NCBI GenBank assembly: GCA_963734495.1
Contig: CAVTHK010000016.1
Span: forward strand, 160,001-224,000
Source of the DNA: an uncultured Spirochaetota bacterium
GTDB lineage: Bacteria; Spirochaetota; Spirochaetia; SZUA-6; CAVTHK01
Direction of reading: 5' to 3'
Length of the DNA: 64,000 nucleotides
The notes below the pieces were generated by a model. It was not told the DNA's origin. It did not search any database and saw only the letters and a list, made by a program, of their open reading frames with translations. A program made the translations under genes and the position numbers. Below, in pieces: positions 9,953-20,300 of this stretch (within the stretch, counting starts at the first letter, position 1; each line of letters begins with the position of its first letter).

Positions 9953-11236
9953 GTGAGGGACGCGCGAGAGGCCGCTGCGCTGCGGCCCCTGCTCTACGAC
10001 GGCTCCAAGGGTGTCATGCTGCAGAGCCTCGGGCTGCCGAGCGGCGAGGCGTCGGAGCTGTGGAACGTGACCCACGCGCGCGTGGTGCAGGACGTGCACG
10101 CCGCGTACGCGGCCGCGGGCGCCGACGTGATCCAGACCAACACGTTTCCCGGAAACAGGGTCACCCTCGGCAGGCACGGGCTGGCGGAGCGCTTCGAGGA
10201 GCTGAACGCGAGCGGGGTGAGGCTCGCGCGCGCGGCCGCGGGTCCCGGGCTCTGGGTAGCGGCCTCGGTGGGGCCCACCGGCGAGATGCTCGAGCCGGCG
10301 GGCGAGCTTTCCTTCGACAAGGCTTACTCGCTGTACGCGGAGCAGGCCGCGGTGCTCGAGGCCGCGGGCGCGGACCTCGTCCACTTCGAGACGTTCGGCG
10401 ACCTGGGAGAGCTCAGGGCCGCCATCCTCGCGGCCCGCGAGCGCACCGCTCTCCCCGTGATCGCAACGGCTACGTTCGAAGGGGGCGGCAGGACACTCTC
10501 GGGCAACCTGCCCGAGGTGTGCGCACTCGCCTGTGAGGCGCTGGGCGCCGCGTTTGTCGGCGCCAATTGCTCGACGGGCGCCGAAGGGATGGTCCCCGTC
10601 CTGACCGCGATGGGCCGGGTCGCGTCGGGCCCGCTGGCGGCCAAACCCAACGCGGGCCTCCCGGAGGTCGTGGGGGGCCGCGTGGTCTACCGCGAGACAC
10701 CGGAGCATTTCGCGGGGTTCACGGGGGAGTTCCTGGACGCGGGCGTCCGGCTGATCGGGGGCTGCTGCGGCACCACTCCCGAGTTCGTGCGCGAGATCAA
10801 GAGGCGGCTCACGGGGCCGCCCGCCCCGCCTGCAAGGGCTGACGGCGGTGCGACGCGCAGGGCGCTGGTGGCTTCAGCCTTTCAGGTCGAAGAAATTGCG
10901 CCGGGCCTGCCCATCGGCGAGATCGGGCCCGAGGAAACGGGGCGGGGCGACGGCGCGGCCCTCGCCGACATCGCGGGCGAGCTCGCCGGCGCCGGGGCGC
11001 GCTGCCTTCACATCGACTTCGGCGCGCACGCCGACCGGTGGGATGCCCGGGCGCTCGCGGGCGATCTCGCGCTCTTCGTGCGGACGCCCCTGCTCCTGAG
11101 CGCCTCGAGCCGGGCGTTCCTCGAGCAGCTGGTCCGCCGATACCCCGGCCGCCCGGGCATGGTGGGGCAGCCGGCGTACGGGGCCCTCGAAGTCACGCCG
11201 GCGATGCTGGCCGCGTGCCGCCGTGTCGGGAGGTGA
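9953..11236 (+). CDS. homocysteine S-methyltransferase family protein (MetH N-terminal-like)
   Basis: LYDGSKG, AGADVIQTNTF, ASVGPTG, GANCSTG, PNAGLP and IGGCCGT zinc-binding motifs. Confidence 0.9.
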   Translation: MRDAREAAALRPLLYDGSKGVMLQSLGLPSGEASELWNVTHARVVQDVHAAYAAAGADVIQTNTFPGNRVTLGRHGLAERFEELNASGVRLARAAAGPGLWVAASVGPTGEMLEPAGELSFDKAYSLYAEQAAVLEAAGADLVHFETFGDLGELRAAILAARERTALPVIATATFEGGGRTLSGNLPEVCALACEALGAAFVGANCSTGAEGMVPVLTAMGRVASGPLAAKPNAGLPEVVGGRVVYRETPEHFAGFTGEFLDAGVRLIGGCCGTTPEFVREIKRRLTGPPAPPARADGGATRRALVASAFQVEEIAPGLPIGEIGPEETGRGDGAALADIAGELAGAGARCLHIDFGAHADRWDARALAGDLALFVRTPLLLSASSRAFLEQLVRRYPGRPGMVGQPAYGALEVTPAMLAACRRVGR

Positions 11237-11240
11237 TCTC

Positions 11241-12029
11241 GTGAAACGGGCGGGGGCAGGTGTCCTGTGGGTCCTGGCCGCTGCGGTTGCGGCCCCCCAG
11301 GCGAACGTGATCCAGACGTTCGAGCACGAAGGGGTCGCCCGCGTCTCGATCAAGAGGGCGGGGATCTTCGACGTGAGCGTCAAGGGCACGTCGGGGAAAG
11401 CCGTCCGCGTGGAGGTCCGCAGCGATGACGCCGCGGACAAGGTGCAGGAGACGCGCCAGGGCGACGAGCTCGTGATCGACGCGTACCGGAAGGACCGGGT
11501 GCGCAGCGTCGGCTCGCGGGCGCCGGAGCTCGTGGTGAGAGTGCCCGAGTCCACCGCGCTCTCCATAGAGACGAGCAGCGGCGGCATCGACGTCGAGACG
11601 GTCACAGGCGCGAAGGACCTGAGCAGCTCCAGCGGGAACATCGCGGTGCGCAGCTCGCGGGGCAGGGTGGACGCGCGGTCCTCGACCGGCAACCAGAAGT
11701 ACGACTACGTGGCCGGCGACGTCCGCGGGGAATCGGCCACGGGCGCGATCGAGCTCAGCAACTGCGAGGGGAGCGTGTCCCTGAGGTCGGCCACGGGCAG
11801 GCTGTGGGCGCGCAGCCTCCGCGTATCGGGCGACTCCAGCTTCCGCACCTCGACGGGGCGGATCGAGATCGACTTCGCGAACCCGCTGGATGACTTCACC
11901 TTTTCCCTCCACTCCGTGACCGGGCTGATCGAGGTCGGCGGCGTTGCGGCGCGAGGCAAGGTGGAGAAGGGCAGCGGCCCCCTGCGGATCACGGGCCAGT
12001 CGACGGTGGGCCGGCAGAGCTACGAGTGA
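11241..12029 (+). CDS. DUF4097 beta-strand repeat (adhesin-like) exported protein
   Basis: Signal peptide; repeated xxSxxGxIx units (ETSSGGIDV, SSSSGNIAV, ESATGAIEL, RTSTGRIEI); GGGAGG RBS. Confidence 0.8.
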   Translation: MKRAGAGVLWVLAAAVAAPQANVIQTFEHEGVARVSIKRAGIFDVSVKGTSGKAVRVEVRSDDAADKVQETRQGDELVIDAYRKDRVRSVGSRAPELVVRVPESTALSIETSSGGIDVETVTGAKDLSSSSGNIAVRSSRGRVDARSSTGNQKYDYVAGDVRGESATGAIELSNCEGSVSLRSATGRLWARSLRVSGDSSFRTSTGRIEIDFANPLDDFTFSLHSVTGLIEVGGVAARGKVEKGSGPLRITGQSTVGRQSYE

Positions 12030-12048
12030 GACCGGGCGACGGCGCGCG

Positions 12049-14100
12049 CTACAGCTTGATGCCGTGCTGGTCGCCCAGCACCCTGATCATCATGAGCTGG
12101 ACGTAGCGGACAAAGAGATCCTTTCGCCGGATCCGGTCGAAGGCCGAATTGGCGGAAAGCTGCTGCGACAGGCTCTTGATCCGCTCGACGTCGGGCGCCT
12201 TCATGGCTGCGCCGTGGCGCAGGATCCCCCTCATGAAGCTGCGGATCATGGAGTCGACGTCTTCCCTGAGGTCGGCGCGCGCCTTGGGCTCGTAGAGGGG
12301 GTTCCACTTCTCCGCCAGCTCGACGAGTGACAGGGCCAGATCCTTGCCGGACCCGGCAAAATGGTCGCGCAGCCGTTCGAGGCTGCGGCGGTAGACCGCG
12401 CCGCGCTGCTTGAGCGTCACAGGCTTGCCCTTAGGGCCGCCTGCGGACGGACCCACCAGCCGCTTGACGGTCGTCCCGCCTTGGTCGCCGCCTTCGGGTG
12501 CCGTCGCCGCGGCCCCCTTCTTCTGCGCCCCGGGCTGCGCGTCCGCCGGGTGCCCGGCGTCTTCCGGCTCAAGGCGGCGGCCGAAGAGCCCCTCGAAGAA
12601 CGTGACGATCGCCCGGAGGAATCCGACTCGCATCCAGACGGGCACCGCCGCGCGCACCCGGGCCAGGAGCTCGCGGCGGTCGAGCTCCATGATCTGCACG
12701 GTCGGCTTGAGCTTTTCCCCGCGCTGATCGAAGCATTTTGCCAGGTCGAGCGCGAAGTCCGGAGCGGGCGGGCTCTCCCTCTGCACGCTGTTCAGCAGCG
12801 CACTGTCCAGCAGGCGCGCGAGGACGGGATGGTCCGCCTGCACGACACGCTGGACCTCGCCGGCGAACGCGGCGTCGCTGCTCATGGCGGGCGTCCTGCG
12901 CCCGGCGCGCAGCGACCGCTCCCAGCTCTCGGAAAGCGCATCGGCCGTCGCCTCGGCCGCGCGGGGGATCATCCGCAGCACCACCGGGATGAGCCGGTCG
13001 CGGTGCACGAAGTACTCCGAGCCTTCGCCCGCCTTGACCCGGATGAGCTCGGGCACGGCCTTGCCCGCCGGAGGCCGCATCTTCTCCTTGATGAAGTCGC
13101 GGAACGCGTCCTGGCTGCCCTTCGTGAGGAGCGGCGTTCCGCCGGGGTCCTTGAGACCGAGAAGGTCCTTGAGGGTATAGATGAAGGGTTCCTTGCCGAA
13201 CTGGGCCTCGACGGCCTTGAGCGCGGCTCTCGTCTCGTTCTGCCTGCTCTGGCCCGCCGTGCGCATCGCGACCGCGTAGGCGTTGACGATGTGAGCCGCC
13301 TGCTGGAATCCGCCCTCCAACGTTTCCTCGACGCCCTGCTTTTTCTCCTGGGCGATGACGTGCGTGAGTTGCGCCCAGAAACGGAAGTGGACATCCGAGG
13401 CGTCCTCGATCGTCTGGCGCGCGGTGCCGACCCGCATGGCTATGTTGTTGATCATATCGCTGACCAGGGTCTGGTTGCCCCGGTAGGCCGGCGCGAGCCT
13501 GCTCTGGACATAGGCGGCGTTGTTCGCGAGCCCGAGGTGGCATTTGAGCTTGGCGAGCGCGAGGTCCAGGAGCTGACCGTGGATCATTTCCGAAGGCGCC
13601 ACGATGCTGCGGAGGCTCTCGGGAAACAACAGGCGCACCAGCGGCGCCGCGGGCTCGCCCCCCTGCAGGAGCGCGGTCAGCTCGGTGCCCACGTTCGCGG
13701 TCGTGACGAGCTCGTTGGGGATCGACAGCCCGAGCTCCGCTTCGCTGGGGAAGGGGGCCTCTGGCGATTCCTCGGCTTTGCGGTACGCCTCGCGCACCGT
13801 CTCGACGTAGTAGAGGGGATAGTCGATGCGCTCCACGACGCCGTCGGCGAAGCTCAGGCGGCACTGGCCTGAGCGGGCCAGCTCGGCGAGGGTGACGGCG
13901 AGGGCGGCGCGCACGTCGGGGAGGAACGCGTCGAGCTGCCGGTACTGGCCGCGATAGCGCTCCACGTAGCGTTCGGCGTACTCGGCGAACGCGGGGAACC
14001 CCACTTCGGGTGCCTTCTGCTTGCGGGTAAAGGCTTTCAGAATCGTGACGGTGCTCTGGCGCAGGTACGTCGCCTGGTCCGACGAGGCCTTGGCGTCCAT
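12049..14100 (-). CDS. conserved hypothetical protein (683 aa, spirochete-type)
   Basis: Long ORF with coding-like composition; helical; C-terminal WNPLYEPKARADLREDVDSMIR segment recalls spirochete hypotheticals. Confidence 0.75.
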   Translation of the reverse strand: MDAKASSDQATYLRQSTVTILKAFTRKQKAPEVGFPAFAEYAERYVERYRGQYRQLDAFLPDVRAALAVTLAELARSGQCRLSFADGVVERIDYPLYYVETVREAYRKAEESPEAPFPSEAELGLSIPNELVTTANVGTELTALLQGGEPAAPLVRLLFPESLRSIVAPSEMIHGQLLDLALAKLKCHLGLANNAAYVQSRLAPAYRGNQTLVSDMINNIAMRVGTARQTIEDASDVHFRFWAQLTHVIAQEKKQGVEETLEGGFQQAAHIVNAYAVAMRTAGQSRQNETRAALKAVEAQFGKEPFIYTLKDLLGLKDPGGTPLLTKGSQDAFRDFIKEKMRPPAGKAVPELIRVKAGEGSEYFVHRDRLIPVVLRMIPRAAEATADALSESWERSLRAGRRTPAMSSDAAFAGEVQRVVQADHPVLARLLDSALLNSVQRESPPAPDFALDLAKCFDQRGEKLKPTVQIMELDRRELLARVRAAVPVWMRVGFLRAIVTFFEGLFGRRLEPEDAGHPADAQPGAQKKGAAATAPEGGDQGGTTVKRLVGPSAGGPKGKPVTLKQRGAVYRRSLERLRDHFAGSGKDLALSLVELAEKWNPLYEPKARADLREDVDSMIRSFMRGILRHGAAMKAPDVERIKSLSQQLSANSAFDRIRRKDLFVRYVQLMMIRVLGDQHGIKL

Positions 14101-14206
14101 TCCGCGGCTCAGGATATCGGCAACGGAGGCATTTGTCTACTTTGGATTCCGGCCGGCGCCGGCTCGGCCCGGCGTGATCTCCGCTTCCGCGCCGGGCGAA
14201 GGCGCG

Positions 14207-14572
14207 TCAGGAGACCTCGGCCCCGTCCGCCGGGGGCTCGCCCTTTACCTTGTAGCGGCCCCGGTTGATGTAGAAGATGTAATCGTAGTCGCTCTTCTTC
14301 TCTTCCTCGAGGACGATCCGCGCGATCGTTCCCAGGGTGCCCCAGTTGACCTGGTGCAGCCCTTTCCTGCGAAGGAACTTGTCGAGGGCGGCGCCCGAGA
14401 GCTCCAACCAGCGGTCGTTGCCCACCGCATCCGTGCCGGCGTTGACCTCGATGATCAGCTCCTTGTTCCACTCGCCCGTGTGGATCTGCGTGCGGACCTT
14501 GACGATCCGGATGGCATCATCCCGGTGGATAACCGCCGGCTCCTCGGACTTGGGCTGGACGAAGTGCGCCAT
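14207..14572 (-). CDS. hypothetical protein
   Basis: 121-aa ORF with GGGGG RBS and an upstream TTGACG-18-TATGCT promoter (14595-14624, minus strand); normal residue composition unlike the shadow ORFs. Confidence 0.7.
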   Translation of the reverse strand: MAHFVQPKSEEPAVIHRDDAIRIVKVRTQIHTGEWNKELIIEVNAGTDAVGNDRWLELSGAALDKFLRRKGLHQVNWGTLGTIARIVLEEEKKSDYDYIFYINRGRYKVKGEPPADGAEVS

Positions 14573-14620
14573 TCTGCCCCCTGATCTGGCTTTCAGCATA
14601 GCGGCCGATCGCGACCTCCG

Positions 14621-16948
14621 TCAAGGGCGCTGTGCCGGAGCCTCCGGCTGCGCCGGGGTGCCCGGCGGCAGGGGTTCGGTGCGGATGACCACCTGGTCGC
14701 CTTCGAGGTCGACGATGGCCTTTCCTCCGCCGGCGAGCGTGCCGAAGAGGACCGCGTCCACGAAGAACCCCTTGACCTTGTCCTGGACGAGGCGGGCGAC
14801 GTTGCGCGCCCCGAACTCCTCGCTGTAGCCCTTTTCGGCAAGGTGCGTGCGGCACGCCTCGGTGACTTCGAGGACGACGTTCTTCTCCTTGAGCTGCGCC
14901 GCGAACAGCCGCATCTCCTTGTCGACGATCTGCAGCATGATCCTTTCGTCGAGGCGGTTGAACGTCACGACCTTGTCCAGCCGGTTGCGGAACTCGGGCG
15001 CGAAGATGCGCTGCACGGCCTCGTCGATGGCCTCGCGGTTCTTGTTGCGCTCGCCGAAGCCGATCGAAGACTTGCCGAGCTCCCGTGCGCCGGCGTTCGA
15101 GGTCATGATGATGATCACGTTGCGGAAGTCCGCCTTGCGCCCCTGGTTGTCGGTCAGCGTGGCGTAGTCCATGACCTGCAGGAGCACATTGAAGACGTCC
15201 TGGTGCGCCTTCTCGATCTCGTCGAGCAGCAGCACCGCGTGCGGCGTCTTGCGGATCGCGTCCGTGAGCAGGCCTCCCTCCTCGTAGCCGACGTATCCCG
15301 GAGGCGCCCCGACGAGACGGGCCACCGTGTGCCGCTCCTGGTACTCGCTCATGTCGTAGCGGTGGAGGGCGATGCCGAGCGTGTCGGCGAGCTGGCGGCA
15401 GAGCTCGGTCTTCCCGACACCCGTCGGCCCGACGAACAGCATGGAGGCGACCGGCTTGTCGGGCGAGCGGAAGCCGGCCCGCGATCGCTTGATGGCCGAC
15501 GCCACCGCATCGACCGCCTCGTCCTGGCCGAAGATGTTGGCCTTGAGCTGGACCTCGAGGTTCTTGAGCCTGTCCGCCTCCGTGAGCGAAACGGTCTTGA
15601 CCGGGATCTTCGCGATCTTGGAGACGACCTCCTCGATCTCCTGGAGGGACAGGGTCGGGTCCAGCCGCGGCCCGTTCTTGAACGTGAGGATCCGGTTGTA
15701 GGCTCCGGCCTCGTCGATCACGTCGATCGCCTTGTCCGGGAGATGGCGGTCGTTGATGTACTCGTGCGAGAGGTTCACCGCCGCGTGCAGCGCGTCGTCG
15801 GTGTACTTGACCTGGTGGAACTTCTCGTACCGGTCCCGCAGCCCCTGCAGGATCAGGAACGTCTCGTCGGGCGTCGTCTCCGGCACCTCGATCTTCTGGA
15901 ATCGGCGCGAGAGCGCCCGGTCCTTGTCGAAGTGCTTCTTGAACTCGTCGTACGTCGTCGAGCCCATGCACCGGAGCTTCCCGGTCGCGATGGCGGGCTT
16001 GAGCAGGTTGGAGGCGTCGAGCGTTCCCCCCGAGGCGGCCCCGGCGCCGACGACCGTGTGGATCTCGTCGATAAAGAGGATCACCTTCTGCTTCTGCTCG
16101 AGCTCCTTGAGCACCATCTTCATGCGCTCTTCGAAGTCGCCGCGGAAGCGGGTGCCGGCGAGCACGCTCCCCATATCGAGGCCGTAGATGCTGTAGCCGC
16201 GCAGGAGGTCGGGCACCTTGTCCTCCGCGATGCGGGCGGCCAGCCCTTCGGCGATCGCCGTCTTGCCGACCCCCGGGTCGCCGACCAGGACCGGGTTGTT
16301 CTTGATCCTGCGGCAGAGGACCTGCACGGTGCGCTCCACGATGTCGTCGCGGCCGATCAGCGGTTCGAGCTCGCCCTTGCGCGCGGCCTCGGTGAGGTCG
16401 CGCGTAAAGGTCGCGAGCGCGCTGCGGCGGGCCTTCCTGGGGCCCGGCTGCTCCTCGCCCTCCGCGCCGCCCTCCTCGCTCGCCTCGCCCTCCCCGTCGT
16501 CGCCGCCGGCGGGCGCCTCGTCACCGAGGTCGATCCCGTGAGAGATGACGCGCAGGAGGTTGTAGCGCGAGAGGCCCGCCTTGCGCAGGTAGTAGGAGCC
16601 GAAGGACTTCTCCTCGTCGAAGATGGAGACCAGGACGTCGCTCAGCTCGACGGATTCCTTGGCCGCCGCTTCGGTGTGGAAGACCGCCCGCTGGATGACC
16701 TGCTGGAACCCGAGGGACTGGGTCGGCTCGGACTTTTCGACCACGGGCACCCGTTTCGCCAGGTGCTCCTCGAGCCCTTCCTTGATCTCCTCGGGGTCGA
16801 TCCCGCACCTGCGGAGTATCTCCTGCGGCTCGTCGAAGAACAGAGCCGCGTAGAGCACGTGCTCCGGCGTCAGGTACTCGTGCCTGCGCTCCTTGGCGTC
16901 CATGTAGGCTGCCTTGAGCACGCCCTGGACTTCGTCGCTGACCTTCAT
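14621..16948 (-). CDS. clpA: ATP-dependent Clp protease ATP-binding subunit ClpA
   Basis: Clp N-domain ([10 protein letters not shown]); two AAA+ modules ([14 protein letters not shown] and [17 protein letters not shown]); no middle coiled coil; adjacent to clpS. Confidence 0.97.
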   Translation of the reverse strand: MKVSDEVQGVLKAAYMDAKERRHEYLTPEHVLYAALFFDEPQEILRRCGIDPEEIKEGLEEHLAKRVPVVEKSEPTQSLGFQQVIQRAVFHTEAAAKESVELSDVLVSIFDEEKSFGSYYLRKAGLSRYNLLRVISHGIDLGDEAPAGGDDGEGEASEEGGAEGEEQPGPRKARRSALATFTRDLTEAARKGELEPLIGRDDIVERTVQVLCRRIKNNPVLVGDPGVGKTAIAEGLAARIAEDKVPDLLRGYSIYGLDMGSVLAGTRFRGDFEERMKMVLKELEQKQKVILFIDEIHTVVGAGAASGGTLDASNLLKPAIATGKLRCMGSTTYDEFKKHFDKDRALSRRFQKIEVPETTPDETFLILQGLRDRYEKFHQVKYTDDALHAAVNLSHEYINDRHLPDKAIDVIDEAGAYNRILTFKNGPRLDPTLSLQEIEEVVSKIAKIPVKTVSLTEADRLKNLEVQLKANIFGQDEAVDAVASAIKRSRAGFRSPDKPVASMLFVGPTGVGKTELCRQLADTLGIALHRYDMSEYQERHTVARLVGAPPGYVGYEEGGLLTDAIRKTPHAVLLLDEIEKAHQDVFNVLLQVMDYATLTDNQGRKADFRNVIIIMTSNAGARELGKSSIGFGERNKNREAIDEAVQRIFAPEFRNRLDKVVTFNRLDERIMLQIVDKEMRLFAAQLKEKNVVLEVTEACRTHLAEKGYSEEFGARNVARLVQDKVKGFFVDAVLFGTLAGGGKAIVDLEGDQVVIRTEPLPPGTPAQPEAPAQRP

Positions 16949-16975
16949 CGGACCTCCGTGCGCCTCATTGCGGCG

Positions 16976-17287
16976 TCACGCTTCCTCGACGGTGCACCGG
17001 AGCGGGAACTCCTGCTCCCGCGCCATCTCGTGCACTCTGTTCGCCTTGGTCTGTGCCACATCCCAAGTATACACGCCCACGACCCCGCGCCCAGTCCGGT
17101 GGACGAGGAGCATGATCCGGGTCGCCTCGATGGGGGGCTTGTGAAACACCACCCGAAGGACGTGGACCACGAAATCCTTGGTGGTGAAGTCGTCGTTGTG
17201 GAGCACGACCTTGTACATGGTCGGCTCCTTGAGCTTTTCCTTATGACGCTCGAGAATCTCGCTGTCGGGTCGATCCTGCCCTTGCAC
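16976..17287 (-). CDS. clpS: Clp protease adaptor ClpS
   Basis: PTMYKVVLHNDDFTTKDFVV...IMLLVH..G...FPLRCTVEE; GTG start with GGAGGG RBS. Confidence 0.95.
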   Translation of the reverse strand: MQGQDRPDSEILERHKEKLKEPTMYKVVLHNDDFTTKDFVVHVLRVVFHKPPIEATRIMLLVHRTGRGVVGVYTWDVAQTKANRVHEMAREQEFPLRCTVEEA

Positions 17288-17343
17288 GGGGCCCCCCTCC
17301 GGTCCCCCATAATAGTAAGGAAAACCACGCCGGCCTGACAAGG

Positions 17344-17523
17344 GACAGGCGCCCTGGTCCCGACCGGAGGTCGGGAAGGTCCCGGGGGTGGCGCCGCCAG
17401 GCGCCCTGGTCACTCCGTCGCTACGCTCCGGACCTTCGGGGCGTACTCGCCGGAGATGGCGAAGGCGCCACCCAAGCGACAGGCGCCCTGGTCCCGACCG
17501 AAGGTCGGGACCGTCCCGGGGGT
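17344..17523. repeat. REP-like intergenic direct repeats with internal hairpin
   Basis: Two ~46-bp copies (17344-17389, 17478-17523) of GACAGGCGCCCTGGTCCCGACCGRAGGTCGGGA..GTCCCGGGGGT plus a partial copy at 17398; perfect stem GGTCCCGACC-GAA-GGTCGGGACC in copy 2. Confidence 0.75.
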
Positions 17524-17590
17524 CCGGAGGCTCCGAGCGGAGCGAGGAGGTGCGCCGCCCCAGGCGCACGGCCGGTCGGGCCGGCGAAAG

Positions 17591-18538
17591 CTATCTCAGC
17601 GCGTCCAGGCGCCGCGTCACGGCCGGCGATGCCCGCAGCATGGCATCGTGCAGGCGCCGGTGCAGGTCGAGGAACGGTTCCCCCTTGATCTCGACGATCG
17701 CGCGGTAAGCGTCACGGTCGTTCGAAAGCTCGCGCTCCATCTGCGAGGCCGCGAACTTGCGGAAGTAGTCCTCGACGCCGGCCTCTTTCTGGTGGAGAGT
17801 CCAGGCTTGGAACTCGTTGATCAGGAGGTAGTTGTCCTCGACGTTGTACTCCTGCCACGCGAGGAAGAGCCTGTAGAACCGCCGCAGCTCGGGTGTGAGC
17901 GATGCCCAGATGTCGCGGCACGCGGCCGCATACCCGCGCTCGAGGTAGAAGACCGCGTGACTCACCTCGTGGTAGATGTGCAGCCGCCGCAGCGCGGGCC
18001 CCGACTCCCGCGAGATCGAGAGGATCCCGCCGGGCGCGGGCTCATAGCGGTCGACGCGCCGCCGCAGCGCGCCATTGGATTCCAGGACCGCGATCAGCTG
18101 CTCCTCCTCGGGGAGGAGCGGGACCCCCCTCTCCTCCGCGAGCGTAAAGAACCGGGCCAGGTCCTCGTTGTAGTAGTTGTGCGCAAAATACCCGTGCAGG
18201 CCGGCGATCGCCTCGTAATCCTCTATGCGGCCGACATGGCCGGCCTTCTCCACGAAGAACGCCAGCCTGTGGAAAATGCGCTCCTGCGCCTCGTAGCTTT
18301 TCGTGTCCAGGAGGATGAACCCTGGAATGGCATCCCAGCGGTAGACTTCGAAGTCCGTTCGTCGCCATCCGCCGTCCTTGCCCGCGGCGAGCGCGCCCGG
18401 GTCGATCGGCCGCGCGACGAGCGAGCGATCGACGCTCTGTGCAGCGGAGGGGAGCGCGGCGATTGCGAGCGCCGCGGCCGCGAGAGCGCGCAGCAACCGG
18501 CCGCGAGGGCGCGGCCCGGCCGGTCTCGAGGCGGTCAC
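17591..18538 (-). CDS. exported hypothetical protein with HExxH motif (possible zincin-like metallopeptidase)
   Basis: Signal peptide; YHEVSHAVF plus downstream INEFQA; starts 5 bp after the sod stop. Confidence 0.7.
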   Translation of the reverse strand: MTASRPAGPRPRGRLLRALAAAALAIAALPSAAQSVDRSLVARPIDPGALAAGKDGGWRRTDFEVYRWDAIPGFILLDTKSYEAQERIFHRLAFFVEKAGHVGRIEDYEAIAGLHGYFAHNYYNEDLARFFTLAEERGVPLLPEEEQLIAVLESNGALRRRVDRYEPAPGGILSISRESGPALRRLHIYHEVSHAVFYLERGYAAACRDIWASLTPELRRFYRLFLAWQEYNVEDNYLLINEFQAWTLHQKEAGVEDYFRKFAASQMERELSNDRDAYRAIVEIKGEPFLDLHRRLHDAMLRASPAVTRRLDALR

Positions 18539-18543
18539 CGCGG

Positions 18544-19152
18544 CTACATCGCCTTCTTGTAGTTCGCTTCTACCTGTGTCCAGTTGATGATGTTCCAGAA
18601 CGCCGCAATATATTCGGGCCTGCGGTTCTGGTACTTAAGGTAGTACGCATGCTCCCAGACGTCCAGCCCCAGGATGGGCACCATGCCTTCCATCAGCGGA
18701 TTGTCCTGGTTGGGCGTGCTCGAGACTACGAGCTTCCTGGACTTGTCGAGGCTCAGCCAGGCCCAGCCGCTCCCGAAGCGGTTGGCCGCGGCGTCGGAAA
18801 ACTGGGTCTTGAACGCGTCGAAGCTCCCGAACGCCTTGTTGAGCGCGTCGGCTACCGCGCCCGCCGGCTTGCCGCCGTGGGCGGAGAGCAGCGGCCAGAA
18901 CAGGCTGTGGTTGTAGTGACCGCCCCCATTGTTCCGCACCGCGGTGCGGATCTCGGAAGGCACGGCGTCGAGGTTGCGGAGCAGGTCCTCGATGCTCTTC
19001 GAAGCGACGCCGGCTTTGCCCTCCAGAGCCTGGTTGAGCTTCGTCACGTAGGTCCCGTGATGCTTGTCATGGTGTATTTCCATGGTTTTCGCGTCGATAT
19101 ACGGCTCGAGCGCGTCGAACTTATACGGAAGGTCGGGAACCGTGAAGGCCAT
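18544..19152 (-). CDS. sodA: superoxide dismutase, Mn/Fe family (Mn-type signature)
   Basis: [30 protein letters not shown] and DVWEHAYY motifs. Confidence 0.95.
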   Translation of the reverse strand: MAFTVPDLPYKFDALEPYIDAKTMEIHHDKHHGTYVTKLNQALEGKAGVASKSIEDLLRNLDAVPSEIRTAVRNNGGGHYNHSLFWPLLSAHGGKPAGAVADALNKAFGSFDAFKTQFSDAAANRFGSGWAWLSLDKSRKLVVSSTPNQDNPLMEGMVPILGLDVWEHAYYLKYQNRRPEYIAAFWNIINWTQVEANYKKAM

Positions 19153-19221
19153 CTTGCGACTCCTTGGTCCATCGGACTTAGGCGACCGCCGTTCGCCGGC
19201 GCGAAGTTGATCGCCACAGTC

Positions 19222-19250
19222 AAGATAACAACCACCGCACGCGCAGGCAA
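19222..19250 (-). promoter_or_regulatory. sigma70-like promoter of sod
   Basis: TTGCCT-17 bp-TATCTT with extended -10 TG on the minus strand. Confidence 0.5.
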
Positions 19251-19346
19251 AGCGAACCAGCGGGCCGACGCCCGGAGAGGCGCTGTGCGCAAGCCGGACG
19301 CAGCCTCTTGCCAGATGGGGCTCCAGAGACGAGATTGAAGGAGACC

Positions 19347-20300
19347 ATGTGGGTCTTCAACGGCGAGGCAGTCCAGCAGTTCCTGGGAAGGGTCGCCGAG
19401 GGCTTCCAGCACGGGCCGCTCGAGCTCGCCGAATTCGCGGCGATGTTCCTCGTGCTGCTGGGCGTCCCGCTGCTGCTGGGGGTGGTCACGACGCGGCGCA
19501 GCCGCGCGCGGGCGCGGTCCGCGGCGATGGCGCGCTTCCAGGAGGCCGCCGCGGCCGCAGGGCTCGTGCCCGAGGAGCTGGAGGCGCTGATCGCCATGGC
19601 GCGGCGCTTCTCGCCCGACCCGCTGCGGTGGCCGGCCGTGCTCACGCGCGCGGCCGCCTTTAACGCCGCGGCCGCTCGGGGCGGGCTCGATGCGGCGATG
19701 CTCGCCCGACTCCGGTGGAAGCTGCGGCTGATCGAGCGGGGGCCGCGTGCGCGGCTGCATTCGACCGTCGAGCTGGAGCCGGACGAAGTCCTGCTCGTGA
19801 CGGCCGGCGATGCCGCCGTGGCGGGTCGGGTGACTTCAGTAAGCGCAGAGCGCTTCGAGCTGCACGTCGGCCGGCCGGTACCGGCCGGCACCGTCAAGGT
19901 GCGCGCGACCCGCGACTCGGGCATCTACGACGTCGAGGTGCCGGTGCTCTCCAGCGAGGGAGGCATCCTGCGCCTCGGCCACGGGGAAATCGCCTCCCGC
20001 GTGCAGAACCGCCGTTTCCTGCGCCGCACCGTCCGCGGCGCCGCGCTCGTGACCACCGCTTCGGGGGCGGAGGTCAGGGTGCGGCTCGTCGATCTCAGCG
20101 GCGGCGGCGCCCGGGTGCGCGGGCCTGCGGCCGGGGTCCTGGTGGGCGACGCGGTGACTCTGCGGTTCGCCCGGCCCGGGGGATCGACCTCGACGATCGC
20201 GTCGAGGGTGGTGCGCGTCGCCGGCGACGGGTTCAGTCTTGCCTTCGAGGACGTCCCGGGCCCTGTGCGCGAAGAGCTGATCCGGCTCCTCGGCCGCTAA
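19347..20300 (+). CDS. membrane-anchored PilZ-domain (c-di-GMP receptor / flagellar brake-like) protein
   Basis: N-terminal TM helix; QNRRFLRR (RxxxR) and VDLSGGG (DxSxxG) PilZ motifs. Confidence 0.85.
   Translation: MWVFNGEAVQQFLGRVAEGFQHGPLELAEFAAMFLVLLGVPLLLGVVTTRRSRARARSAAMARFQEAAAAAGLVPEELEALIAMARRFSPDPLRWPAVLTRAAAFNAAAARGGLDAAMLARLRWKLRLIERGPRARLHSTVELEPDEVLLVTAGDAAVAGRVTSVSAERFELHVGRPVPAGTVKVRATRDSGIYDVEVPVLSSEGGILRLGHGEIASRVQNRRFLRRTVRGAALVTTASGAEVRVRLVDLSGGGARVRGPAAGVLVGDAVTLRFARPGGSTSTIASRVVRVAGDGFSLAFEDVPGPVREELIRLLGR

Noticed and set aside
14843..17338. Long antisense ORFs (also opposite sufB, acnA, lpdA, trpB2 and others)
   Set aside because: Shadow ORFs expected at high GC; no motifs, and they lie opposite well-supported genes
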